From assembly GCF_006345805.1 (NCBI RefSeq), contig NC_043002.1, positions 91,326,001 through 91,390,000 on the forward strand: 64,000 nucleotides of DNA, given 5' to 3'. Position numbers and translations under genes: made by a program. This document shows, in pieces, positions 10,892 to 22,904 of this stretch. How positions within the stretch are numbered: position 1 is the stretch's first letter; each line of letters opens with the position of its first letter. The notes beneath the pieces are model-generated. The model had not been told where the DNA came from, did not search any database, and saw only the letters and a program-made list of their open reading frames with translations. This stretch comes from Octopus sinensis (Eukaryota).

Positions 10892-11010
10892 ACAGGGATA
10901 TGGCATAGTGGTTAAGGCGCCTGATGAAGGCTTGAGGGTTTATCAGCCGAAACGTTGTGTTAACAACAAACAAGATGAGGACAAATATCCGTCAAATGTA
11001 AATAATGAAA
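10892..11010 (+). mobile_element. Right arm of the palindromic element: head stub fused by internal deletion to hammerhead and tail
   Basis: GGGATATGGCATAGTGGTTAAG is the inverted copy of the head; followed by hammerhead and tail AACAACAAACAAGATGAGGACAAATATCC, which is inverted-homologous to 6470-6505. Confidence 0.75.
10916..10961 (+). ncRNA. Minimal type-I hammerhead ribozyme motif, intact core
   Basis: GGCGC-CUGAUGA-A-GGCU(12 nt)AGCC-GAAAC-GUU-GUGUU; AACGUU palindrome; stem I pairs with G.U wobbles. Confidence 0.75.
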
Positions 11011-11048
11011 AGAAAGATTAATCATAAATATTAGAGGCGAGGAAAGGA

Positions 11049-11216
11049 AATAATCTTTTCTACTCTAGGCACAAGGCCCGACATTTTGGGGTAAGGGTCC
11101 AGTCAATTAGATCGATCCCAGTACGCAACTGGTACATAATTTATCGACCCCGAAAGGATGAAAGGCAAAGTCGACCTTGGCGGAATTTGAACTCAGAACA
11201 TAAAGACAGACGAAAT
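11049..11216 (-). mobile_element. SINE family A variant (GCACAAGGCC tail)
   Basis: Same body as 169-400 with a different tail. Confidence 0.75.
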
Positions 11217-11250
11217 AGAAGAAATATAATAATGAGGTAACTCGTTCATC

Positions 11251-11695
11251 AGGCAGTGAGCTGACAGAATCATTAACATACCAGGTAAAATGTTCGGCGG
11301 CATTTTGTCCGTCTGCACATTCTGAGTTTGCATGCCGCCAGGATAGACTTTGAATTTCATCCTTTCGGGGTTCGATAATGTAAGTACCGGTTGAACACTG
11401 GCGTCTATATAATCGACTTACTTCTTTCCCCGAAATTGCTGGCCTTGTGCCCAAAATTTGAAACCAACATTAATCGGTCATTAAGCGGTGAGCACTGAAG
11501 AATCGTCAGCGAGCTGGGCAAACTATTTAGCAACATTTCGTCCGTCTGTCTTTATGCTCTGAGTTCAAATTCTGCCGAGGTCGACTTTGACCTTCATCGT
11601 ACCGAGGTCGATGAAATAAGTACTAGTTGAGCATGTGATCAACTAGTCTCCTCCCGCAAAATTGCAGGCCCTGTACCAATATTTGAACTCAATAT
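11251..11695 (+). mobile_element. Two tandem diverged SINE family A copies
   Basis: Bodies at about 11251-11468 and 11483-11695. Confidence 0.7.
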
Positions 11696-12769
11696 TTATT
11701 TGGATACATATCCTGCTAGAAATAGCACTAAAACTTTTCCAAATCCTATTCTACTGTCTTAAAAATGAAGGACAAGTTGAATAACCTAGTCGCCGATAGA
11801 CAGAAAAATAAAATGTTATAAAACACCTTTGATTATAATTTGCTTTATCAACATTGACCTGGGGTTAAACAATAATAGCAGCAGGAGCAGCTTGTGAACC
11901 TATTGCTTGTGAGAATATAAACACTTATTGACAGTGAGGAGTACTCAGTTCGAACATATTGTTCGTGAGTGGACCTATTGAGAGACGAATAGACGGTTCC
12001 CACCACATAATGATCACTTCAGAATATGGCAATATCCCAGTAATAAAAACAACATAAGCGGCACAATTTGTTGGTGTAAGCTTGGCGAACAATTTTCTTT
12101 TTAGAAGTTGTAACTAGGTAATTATCTTTTAAGCACTTAACAAAAAAGAATAAAGAATTTAAAAAGAGAACAATGTGACAAATTCTAGTAGACAAAGTAA
12201 GAACGTAAGCTAAATAAATTGGATTGAGAAAGATGTTTGCACTAACATTAGTTTCATTTTTACAAATGAATTAATTTTGAATAAGAATAAAAAAAGAAGA
12301 AAAAACTTCATTATTTCTTAATGACTTCTCAGTGCTGAGTTTGTACCACTCTAGATTCTATTAGAGAAATAAAATAAAATATTTAGAAACTTCGAGGAAA
12401 CTTGAAATAATCATTTTTCAAGTGGTGAAAATCGGAGGGAAATGAAGCTAAAACTAATCGTGTAAATACTGGACTAAAACAAAAAAAAACAAAAGACCCC
12501 TTTTCTATCCAAAGGATTTTAAACCCAGCCTTGTTCGAGTAGCGTGCCGCATGTGATATGGCGGGTTGCAGTCATCACGCGAACTGGAGTACTGCAAAAA
12601 AAAAAAAAAAAGAAATCTAAAGAAATCTTACGGTATGCATGCCATTCAGAAAGAATGCGAGTTGCAGTTTGCCCACGACTGATTTATAGCTTTATTTACT
12701 TCAAGTTTCACCGTTCCAAAATAAAATGCATTAAAATAAGGTAAAAAACAGAAAATTAAATATGAACGT

Positions 12770-13095
12770 TTCGCTTGGGCTGACCAATGTTTTGTGAGTG
12801 GATTTGATAGGCGGAAACTGAAAGAAGCTCGTCGTATATGTGTGTGTATGTGTGTGTGCACGCGCGCGTGTGTGTATGTATGTGTGTATTTGTGTGTGCG
12901 TCTTTGTGTCTATGTTTGTTCCGCACCACAACCAGTGTTGGTGTGCTTACGTCTCTGTAACTTAGCAGTTCGGCAATAGTAACCGATAGGATAAGTACTA
13001 GGCTTTAAAAATCGTTGCTGGGATCGATTCATTCGACGGAAATTTATTCAAGGCGGTACCCAGCCTGGCCGCAGTCTAATGACTGAAACAAGTAT
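12770..13095 (+). mobile_element. SINE family B, diverged and 5'-truncated
   Basis: GTGAGTGGATTTG..CGGAAACTGAAAGAAG and the 3' half are present. Confidence 0.75.
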
Positions 13096-13109
13096 TAAAA
13101 AAAAAAAAA

Positions 13110-13274
13110 GGCGCAGGAGTGGCTGTGTGGTAAGTAGCTTGCTAACCAACCACATGGTTCCGGGTTCAGTCCCACTGCGTGGCATCTTGGGCAAGTGTCT
13201 TCTGCTATAGCCCCGGGCCGACCAATGCCTTGTGAGTGGATTTGGTAGACGGAAACTGAAAGAAGCCTGTCGTA

Positions 13275-13331
<57 letters not shown>

Positions 13332-13545
13332 TTGTGTGTCTGTGTTTGTCCCCCCTAGCATTGCTTGACAACCGATGCTGGTGTGTTTACGTCCCCGTAA
13401 CTTAGCGGTTCGGCAAAAGAGACCGATAGAATAAGTACTGGGCTTACAAAGAATAAGTCCCGGGGTCGATTTGCTCGACTAAAAGCCGGTGCTCCAGCAT
13501 GGCCGCAGTCAAATGACTGAAACAAGTAAAAGAGTAAAAGAGTAA
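13110..13545 (+). mobile_element. SINE family B, full length (tRNA-like head, internal microsatellite, (GAGTAAAA)n tail)
   Basis: GGCGCAGGAGTGGCTGTGTGGTAAG...GGTTCAGTCCC...GAAACAAGTAAAAGAGTAAAAGAG. Confidence 0.9.
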
Positions 13546-13903
13546 AGAGATAAAAAAAAAATATTGCTGTGCCCCCTGAGCAATATACAAGAGGAAGGCA
13601 TTTCGTTTTAGAAACACGAGAAACAAAACAGTTACCAAAGCCGGAAATTAACCGCATTACGGTTTGGGCTTATCAATAATTGGGTCACATCTACTTTAAT
13701 GTCTTACCATAATCTCTAATATTGATCGATTCGCAATCTATTTGGATAAAACACTGACTTGTAGACACACTAATTTAGAGTGACAAATCGTTGATAATCT
13801 CCGGTGACATTCAAATAGATATGTAGGTACAAAGCAAATGTATACACACCTACTTACCTACTTTCTTACCATCTCCTTCTTTCCCTCCCTCCCTACCTGT
13901 CTA

Positions 13904-13971
<68 letters not shown>

Positions 13972-15179
13972 TGTATGAGTGTACGTGTGTGCGTGTGTGT
14001 CTGTGTGTTTGAGTGCTTATGCACTTGTATATGTATATACATACACACACGCACATATATTATATATATATATATATACATATATATATTATAGAGAGAG
14101 AGGGGGGAGAGAGGAGGAGAGAGAGAAACAGACAGACAGAGACAGATTACATCAAAAACTGATAGCTGTTAATTTATATTAAAGGTGCCCCTTGATGGAT
14201 TGTATTTCCACCCCCTGGACACCTCTCCCATAAATCTCTTCAATACAAACACTCAGTTTTATCTGTGAAATAGACAGAAATTAATTGAGAATTATGAGGC
14301 ATGTAAATACCAAGGAAGTCCTCTATCTTAGATATAATTTAGATCGCTAAAAGTAATCTTTAACTTTGGTGATATATGACATTTTAAAATATTAGTTTTG
14401 GTAAGCAGCAGCCCTTAAAAGCAAGTGACAGATGCAAAGATCGAATTCCTCTTTGGTTTCAACTCAGTGCTTCATTGATAAAATGAATGTAGTACTAGTC
14501 AGTTCTATAAAATATTGGTATGTAGGAGTAATAATGAAAACTTAATCTTCTTGTAGTGTAAGAAGATCAAGTGGATAACGCGGAAATTTAAATCACTAAT
14601 ATAATGACTGAGTATAGTATTCAGATCAGAGAACAGAAATATTTACTTCATTACTAGAATGTAAATGAGACTCAATAAACAGTGCTGCACTGACAATAAA
14701 GCGGCGCCAGATTGGTATCGTTTTCTCTAAACGTAAGTAGAAAGGAGTGTGTATGTTGAAAAACTATCCTTCGAACTCGCTAGCAATGAATTATGCGTAC
14801 TACTTCAGGATACCTTGAATTGGGGACAATAGTCGAATCCATTTAGTGGATAGGTGAACCGATATCGACAACAACTGGCAGATGCCTGGGGTAAAGACTT
14901 CGTAGGTCTATGTTTTTCTGTCGCAGTGTGCAGTGTTAGAAGGGACGTTATCGAGACAGGAGCAACTAGCCTTAACATTACGTACACTACAATTATTCTG
15001 GTCTTTGTGTATTATTGGGAAGCGTTGGCTAACTTGGACTAAAATATTTCCATGTTCATGCAGATATCTAGCATTACCTGAGCATTGAGCCGATTATGTA
15101 TCCTATAAGCAAAGGACTGTTTCCTAATTACAAAATAAAGTTACTTCATTGGAATTTAATCATAAAATATGTATGAGAA

Positions 15180-15495
15180 ACTAGTGAATGCTTACATTTT
15201 CACTCATCCAATGGTAGATTAAATTAGCAGATTATATGTCAGATGGTATTTTTACTTTTGCATGAAAGCTCTATCATTGTAAGGTTATTGCATAAATATT
15301 TATTTAGGTAGCAACGTGGGCCAATGATTGCAGGTATAAATGTGAATTTATAATCTGGGAAGAGAATTTGTAGATTTCGAAGCAGTTGTCCATAAACGAT
15401 CTCTTTCTCATCAATTTTGAATAGAATATTCACATACAGTAGACAGCTGTTCTCCACAAAACTTTACTTTCCAGACATCTCAGATGTGGATGCTG
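15180..15495 (-). pseudogene. RLE C-terminal fragment of a second R4-like lineage
   Basis: KIDEKEIVYGQLLRNLQILFPDYKFTFIPAIIG resembles the 20412 fragment. Confidence 0.7.
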
Positions 15496-16915
15496 TGTAT
15501 ATAATGTTATGCATGTGTGTGTGAGTGTGTATACGTATGTATGTATATGTTTGTTTTGATTGTATGAATGTATGTAATCTTAAAAGATATCAGATAGAAT
15601 CCGTATAGTAAATGTAGCAGACATCTTAAGTTTTCACTTTACACAGTCATCACATCTTGTATGAGATCATTTCACTTCAATACTTTCGTTCGCAATACGC
15701 CATTTTTCTAATAACTTTTTTGTCTGCTGGAAGCACCTAAAATCATTGAAGTACGCTACAAAGCGGTTCAGTGCACATACTGAAATTTATATCAACTTAA
15801 ACCAGTAGTAACTTATCGATTACACAACATTGTGTTACTCTATAAACAAGTTCTCTATAAATCAGGATTGTACATCTTCAAAAAGAGAAAAGGATTACAC
15901 GAGGGAAGAAATTTTGCTGGCTACAGCGGGTTTTCAAATGTAGAAAATGAACGATTGAAATATTTCTCTTGTTCTTGGTACAGACAATACGGGATCGCAA
16001 CATGGTTTAGATTTCCAGCTGAAAAAGTACCATTCTTTACGCATGCTGGCAGCTGTCTTTAAGAAAACTATGATGGCAAAACATATAACTGACCTAAAAA
16101 GGAAAGGAACGGTCTCATACTCTGAAAAAAAAATAATAGAAACAAATAAAATTTCAAAATGAATGGTAGGTAACAACTCGATGTTTTATTTTTTAGACCA
16201 ATTTTTCATATGAATTACCAAACAGTCAAAACCCTTCAAGTTTCGAAGAGAGTTATAGTCAATTAAATCGTTTCAGTATATTACTGGTACTTGATTTTAT
16301 AGAGGACGAAAGATTGAAAGTCAGATTTGGCTTTGATTGTATTTCACTTCAGAACGTTAAGAGCAGTAGCAAATTGCTTCTTGGGTGCTTTTCCCACAAG
16401 AATGTCAGTACCAAATTTTGTTGCATACAAAACCATTCTATTAAGGTGAGCCAGTGCAGAGAACAGTAAATATAGAAGCGTATGTCGATAACTGTTTCGT
16501 AATCAAAGTTGAAGCATCACCAAGTTATTTTCGCATTCTACGCCAATTAACCAATTCAATTATCGTCCACAATAATTATAGGATGATTCCTAACAGAGTG
16601 AAGCATTTTATGAGGAAATGTATAGTCTATTTAACCAAGCTACAAGGCTACATAATCTAATCGAACCACTCAGTAAGCTGGAAATTCAAACTTCAACGAG
16701 ATTTGAACCCAAAACAGAGCATTTTATTTAACAACCTACTAATTTTGGTATCCCAACACCACAACGTTTCTTTTAATTGATTCATTAGGGAAGAGAAAAA
16801 TCTACAGGTTTCGTGTTTCTTCGAATTACAACATAAGATGACATGTATGGTTATAACTGAGAATCACAACAGGATAGCGGAACATAGATTGCAGTGAGTT
16901 CTTATCTTCTTCCCC

Positions 16916-16984
<69 letters not shown>

Positions 16985-17178
16985 CCTTTTTGTTTATTTC
17001 CCATTATCAATGATTTTGTTACATTTTATCCATGAAATATATTTGTGTGTGTGTATGTCTATATGTGTGCATGTGAGTCTATGTCTGCCAAATAATATGT
17101 AAAAGTGCACGATCCTTCTAAATACGTCAATAGCATACATCAAATGGAAATAGATATTTCGTAAATACAAAGCTGGTA

Positions 17179-17595
17179 TACTCTTACTCTTTTACTCTTT
17201 TACTTGTTTCAGTCATTTGACTGCGGCCATGCTGGAGTACCGCCTTTAGTCGAGCAAATCGACCCCGGGACTTATTCTTTGTAAGCCCAGTTCTTATTCT
17301 ATCGGTCTCTTTTGCCGAACCGCTAAGTTACGGGGACGTAAACACACCAGCATCGGTTGTCAAGCAATGCTAGGGGGACAAACACAGACATACAAACATA
17401 TACACACACACATATATATATATATATACATATATACGACAGGCTTCTTTCAGTTTCCGTCTACCAAATCCACTCACAAGGCATTGGTCGGCCCGGGGCT
17501 ATAACAGAAGACACTTGCCCAAGATGCCACGCAGTGGGACTGAACCCGGAACCATGTGGTTGGTTAACAAGCTACTTACCACACAGCCACTCCTG
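17179..17595 (-). mobile_element. SINE family B, full length
   Basis: Reverse complement of 13110-13545. Confidence 0.9.
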
Positions 17596-17868
17596 GTATA
17601 TTGAAAATCATGTAAGAGACGTGTGAATAAACCTGCTATTTATCTGCTGAGGAAAGCCAGAGATTCCAATAATGACGCTATATCTATTTTGCCAGAGACA
17701 AGGGACTTTAATCTAGAATAATGAATAAGTCTACCGTCCAAATAGGTTGCAGCAGAATTTGAACTCAAAACGTCATGAACCAGAGTACATACCACGCAAC
17801 TTAGATAATACACACCTACACATGTACGTGCTCACACACATTTATAATGCATGCATATATATCTATAT

Positions 17869-18251
17869 GGTGGAGGCGCAATGGCCCAGTTGTTAGGGCA
17901 GCGGACTCGCGCTGTCGTAGGATCGTGGCTTCGATTCTCAGACCGGGCGTTGTGGGTGTTTATTAAGCGAAAACATCTAAAACTTCACGAGGCTCCTGCA
18001 GGAGGTGGTAACCAACCCTGCTTTACTCTTTCACCACAACTTTCTCTCACTCTTTCTCCCTGCGTCTGTTGTACCTGTATTTCAAAGGACCAGCCTTGTC
18101 ACTCTGTGTATCATGTTGAACTACCCGAGAACTACGTTAAGGCTACACGTGTCTGTGGAGTGCTCAGCCACTTGCACGCTAATTTCACGAACAGACTGCT
18201 CCGTTGATCGGATCAAGTGGCACCCTCATCGTCGTAACCGACGGAGTGCCA
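17869..18251 (+). mobile_element. SINE family C, full length
   Basis: GGTGGAGGCGCAATGGCCCAGTTGTTAGG head; tail CGTCGTAACCGACGGAGTGCC. Confidence 0.85.
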
Positions 18252-18260
18252 CGATATCCA

Positions 18261-18455
18261 TACGACAAAGTGTTTAAAAGTTCCTGGCTTTGAGTAAAAG
18301 AAAATATAGGAGGATCAGTTAATTATGATTTTATTCAACTTCATATATATATTATAGTATTCATTCAGGCTTTCTAAGCCCAGTAAAAGAACTCGTAAGT
18401 TTGGGCCTCCGGCCAGGCCTTTCGCGAGCCCTTGAAGCCGGAACATTTCAGCATA
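18261..18455. mobile_element. Tc1/mariner-type MITE (degenerate)
   Basis: Left AAAAGTTCCTGGCTTT and right GAAGCCGGAACATTTCAGCA are imperfect TIRs; related to 36924. Confidence 0.6.
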
Positions 18456-18465
18456 TATATATATA

Positions 18466-18625
18466 TGGGAAGGGTTTACGAATAAAACAAAAGACGAAGA
18501 CAGGTGGTGTTCAAAACAAACAGATGTATTAGTATAATGCTCAGGAATAGAAAAAGTCTTTTACGTTTCGAGCCTACGCTCTTCTACGGAAAGGGACACA
18601 GAAAAAACAAGGAGAGAAAAAATGT
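18466..18625 (-). mobile_element. Hammerhead-like (A6U) short repeat, copy 2
   Basis: Minus strand CCGTAGAAGAGCGTAGGCTCGAAACGTAAAAGAC. Confidence 0.7.
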
Positions 18626-18820
18626 GTGTGTGTGTGTGGTGGTGGTGGGCCAAATAAACACACGCACTATGTATTCGTTCTTCACTCGTTTATTATTGTT
18701 ATTTTAACTCATGTCCATTGTCCGGAAAACTTTCGTCGCACCTCTGTGACCTCTCCAGCGACACTTTTCGGCCTCTTGTATGCTCCTGCTCCGCTGAGTC
18801 CATCTTGTTTTTCTATGATA

Positions 18821-18905
<85 letters not shown>

Positions 18906-19203
18906 CTCTCTCTCTCTCTCCCTCTATCTATCTCTCTCTCTCTCTATCTATCTCTCTCTCTCTATATATATATATATGTGTACATACACATATATCAAAG
19001 CAACTGGAGCTGAAGATTTGTGCCGGTACGCAGCTGCTACTGCATCATATTTATTTATGTAACTATTTATAAAATAATTAACGTAATAGTTTGATATGGA
19101 AAACTCAGTAACTAACAGCTGTGGCCACTGTACAGAAACACTTCATGAGCTTTGCAATTAAAGTCTTTTCATTCTATCTCCTTTCTTTATAAAATGTGTA
19201 TGT

Positions 19204-19239
<36 letters not shown>

Positions 19240-19513
19240 CAGATATACATACACACACTCTTACCCAGACATGCATAAACATACACATATATATCAACAT
19301 TGTATATATTAATGGTTGTGTTTAAGTACAGCTATAATAAAAACAATGTAAAGTATAATAGCCATCTCAATATGGCTAGTCACAAAAGGGAGGGGGTACT
19401 GTAGCTTTTAGCCCCAGGAGATCATCGTCTCCAGCTGGGCTTAGGCACAATATCTGTGCCCTTATGGTATTTGCAAAGAGAGGCCATCCCTTTCTCGTAA
19501 GCCTAAGTGATAC

Positions 19514-19556
19514 GCACGGACCGCAGTTTCGAGGTTGTTGCCTCTTGTCAACGGGC
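19514..19556 (-). ncRNA. Minimal type-I hammerhead ribozyme motif, U3:A8 compensatory variant
   Basis: GCCCG-UUGACAA-GAGG(CAACAA)CCUC-GAAAC-UGCG-GUC-CGUGC; stem I pairs 4/5, stem II 4/4. Confidence 0.7.
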
Positions 19557-19744
19557 GGTAATCACCGGATTACGATGAAAGGGAAAGCCTGTATGCAAAT
19601 ATATATGTGTTTTTCTAGTAACTTCCGTCACTGATTTCGAAAAACAATTATACATTGATCTGAAGGGTTATACTAAACTTTTGTAGAGTATAAATTTATT
19701 ACTTTCATGCAAAAATGTTGTCGATAGTGACTTCGAAGTTTTAT

Positions 19745-19977
19745 ATTTCTTTATTGCCCACAAGGGGCTAAATATAGAAGGAACAAGCAAGGACAGACAA
19801 AGGGATTAAGTCGATTACATCGACCCCCCAGTGCGTAACTGGTACTTAATTTATCGACCCCGAAAAGATGAAAGGCGAACTCGACCTCGGCGGAATTTGA
19901 ACTCAGAACATAAAGGCAGACGAAATACCGCTAAGCATTTCGCCCGACGTGCTAACGTTTCTGCCAGCTCGCCGCCT
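19745..19977 (-). mobile_element. SINE family A, full length
   Basis: Matches 169-400. Confidence 0.85.
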
Positions 19978-20120
19978 ATTCGAAGTTTCTGCCAGCTAAG
20001 TCATTTTCTGACGATAGCTTAGATGGCCGAAACCATGAAGCTACAGCCAATAACGTTCTTGTATAAGAATAAGAAATCCATGCATGCATGCATACATACA
20101 TACATGCATACATACATACA

Positions 20121-20152
<32 letters not shown>

Positions 20153-20169
20153 CATCATAAGCAGTTGTC

Positions 20170-20585
20170 TGAAAATCTCATCATGGTATTATCTACTGAT
20201 GTTGTAGCTAGGACACCATAAAATGAAATCCGTTGGAAGGATATCCCTGAGGACAAAGAAATAAGAACCCACAGTACGGTAGACGCCGTAGCCACTCATC
20301 ATAAAAAGGAGTTCTGGTGGAATGTCTCAGTGAAAACCTCAATAAAATATAAGCTCAGCAGTCCTGGTATAATTATTTAGGATTGAGAAGAAAAACTGTA
20401 CAGTTGCTGAAATGAGGTGCCCAGCGGATGTTAACATAAAGCTGAAAATCAGTGGAAAAGTGGATACCTATGCTGAACTATTGAGAAATTTGCATTTACT
20501 CTATCCAGATTACAAGTTCCGGTTTATACCTGTAATTATTGGAGCCCTGGGATATGTAACACACTTTCTAAATACCAGCCTTGAC
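20170..20585 (+). pseudogene. RLE-domain fragment of the second R4-like lineage
   Basis: KKEFWWNVSVKT...EMRCPADVNIKLKISGKVDTYAELLRNLHLLYPDYKFRFIPVIIGALGYV; preceded by (TACA)n. Confidence 0.75.
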
Positions 20586-20689
20586 GGTTTATCATTTAAG
20601 TATATAAGAGCATGTTTAGATATGTAAGTATATGCATGAGAAAACATACTTAAAACAAAACATTCGAATCTGCACGTATACATACATAC

Positions 20690-20800
20690 AAAAGTATCCT
20701 GTTGATTTTGTTAACATTCCAATGAAGGAGCCTTGGATCTAGGTTAGAAACCGGCTCTTTCTCTATTGCCACAAAGTCTTGAAATAAACTGAATAATGAC
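20690..20800 (+). mobile_element. Putative 3' UTR tail of the second R4-like lineage
   Basis: GGAGCCTTGGATCTAGGTTAGAAACCGGCTCTTTCTCTATTG...AAATAAACTGAAT-GACATACATAC; second copy at 47632-47745 (minus). Confidence 0.5.
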
Positions 20801-20843
20801 ATACATACACACGCAAACACTCGCACATACTCACACAAAAACG

Positions 20844-20937
<94 letters not shown>

Positions 20938-21001
20938 TGTATTATAAATATATGCATGTATATAATACACACATATACAGACATACATACATACACACAT
21001 A

Positions 21002-21082
21002 TGTGTTACATATCCCAGGGCCCCAATAATTACATGTATAAACCAGAACTTGTAATTTGGATAGAGTAAATGCAAATTTCTC

Positions 21083-21085
<3 letters not shown>
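21002..21085 (-). repeat. Inverted duplicate of the RLE fragment 20480-20563
   Basis: 84-bp arms with 4 mismatches. Confidence 0.85.
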
Positions 21086-21135
<50 letters not shown>

Positions 21136-21166
21136 TGCGTGTATATGTGTGTAGATAGATATGTAA

Positions 21167-21261
<95 letters not shown>

Positions 21262-21537
21262 GATATTTTGCCATTCAAGCGTATATGCCTAAGAGAGCGA
21301 GGTGGGAAAAGACGGTGAGCGAGAGTATATGTGCACGAGGAGGAGAAATGGACAGAAAGAAGAAACAAAACAAGAAGGAGGAAATGGCTAATGTAATCAA
21401 CATTCTGCACCACATACGACTCATCTTTATATCTCGCACGCTACAGTATTTGGTCCTTGACGGGAAGATGGATCTATGGCTCTCGCCACTTCATTCGGAC
21501 GAATAACCATGTGGTATAGAACTGCTGGATCAGGCAT

Positions 21538-21921
21538 GGAAACACTCCGTCGGTTACGACGACGAGGGTTCCGGTTGATCCGAATCAACGGAACAGTCTG
21601 CTCGTGAAATTAACGTGTAAGTGGCTGAGCACTCCACAGACACGTGTACCCTTAACGTAGTTCTCGGGGATATTCAGCGTGACACAGAGAGTGACAAGGC
21701 CGGCCCTTTGAAATACAGGTACAACAGAAACAGGAAGTAAGAGTGAGAGAAAGTTGTGGTGAAAGAGTACAGCAGGGATCACCACCATCCCCTGCCGGAG
21801 GCTCGTGGAGCTTTAGGTGTTTTCGCTCAATAAACACTCACAACGCCCGGTCTGGGAATCGAAACTGCGATCCTATGACCGCGAGTCCGCTGCCCTAACA
21901 ACTGGGCCATTGCGCCTCCAC
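21538..21921 (-). mobile_element. SINE family C, full length
   Basis: Reverse complement of 17869-18251. Confidence 0.9.
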
Positions 21922-22018
21922 AGGATCAGGCATAGCTAGAGCTACACAGCACCGACAAACTTAAGGACAACAACCAAGGCTGTTATCTTAGGTTTGACCA
22001 TCGAATACACAACAAATT

Positions 22019-22310
22019 GGCACTCCGTCAGTTACGACGATGAGGTGTTCCAGTTGATCCGAACAACCTGCTCGTGTGCTCGTGAAATTAACGTGCATGT
22101 GGCTGTGCACTCCACAGACACATGTACCCTTATCATAGTTCTCAGGGAGATTCAGCGTGACACAGAATGCGACAAGATTAGCCCCTTTAAAATACAGGTA
22201 CTTCTCGTCGTTGCTCGCTGAGTGGACTTGCTCAAAGACACAACGCGTCGCCGGGAATTGAACTCACGAGTTGGCGATCGGGAGTCGAACACCCTAACCA
22301 CTAAGCCAGG
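22019..22310 (-). mobile_element. tRNA-SINE sharing the family C tail
   Basis: Head GGCTTAGTGGTTAGGGTGTTCGACTC; tail as in 21538. Confidence 0.75.
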
Positions 22311-22484
22311 TAGCAACACGATACGTAAACCCAGCGGTGCCCATCACCTACTTGTCCACCCGCTTGCCCGTTCCTCTCCTGTCTGTGAGGCTCTGTTTAT
22401 CTTTCTCTGTCTGTGTATCAGTCAGATTTTCATGTAATTTCAGGTGTACATCAACGATTGTGTTAGTGTGTGAGGATGTGTGTA

Positions 22485-22523
<39 letters not shown>

Positions 22524-22904
22524 AAGAGACAGATATTTTGTGTGTGTGTGCGTGCATATGTAGCTTCATGTATATGTGTGTGTGCATGTGTGTGTGCATG
22601 TGTGTGTGCATGTGTGTGTCTGAATGCATGTGCGTCTGCGTCTCTGTGTTGAAGTGTGTGTATGAAAGTGTTAGCGTATGTGTTTGGGCGCGAGTGAATA
22701 TAATTGAATATTTATATGGAAGTGTGTGAGCGTGTGTGTGAGTGCATGTGTGTGTGTGTGTGTGCATGTGCGAGAGAGAGAGAGAGAGAGGGAGAGCATC
22801 CTTGAGTCTGTGTTAAGATGTGTATAAAAGTATTTGTGTATATGCATAAGTACGTGTGAGCATGATTGAATATGTGTCTGATTGAATCTTTGTACGAAAG
22901 TGTG

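Noticed and set aside
14795-15110. Possible host exon after TTTTTCTGTCGCAG
   Set aside because: About 55 open codons end in a stop, with no donor site or homology recognised.
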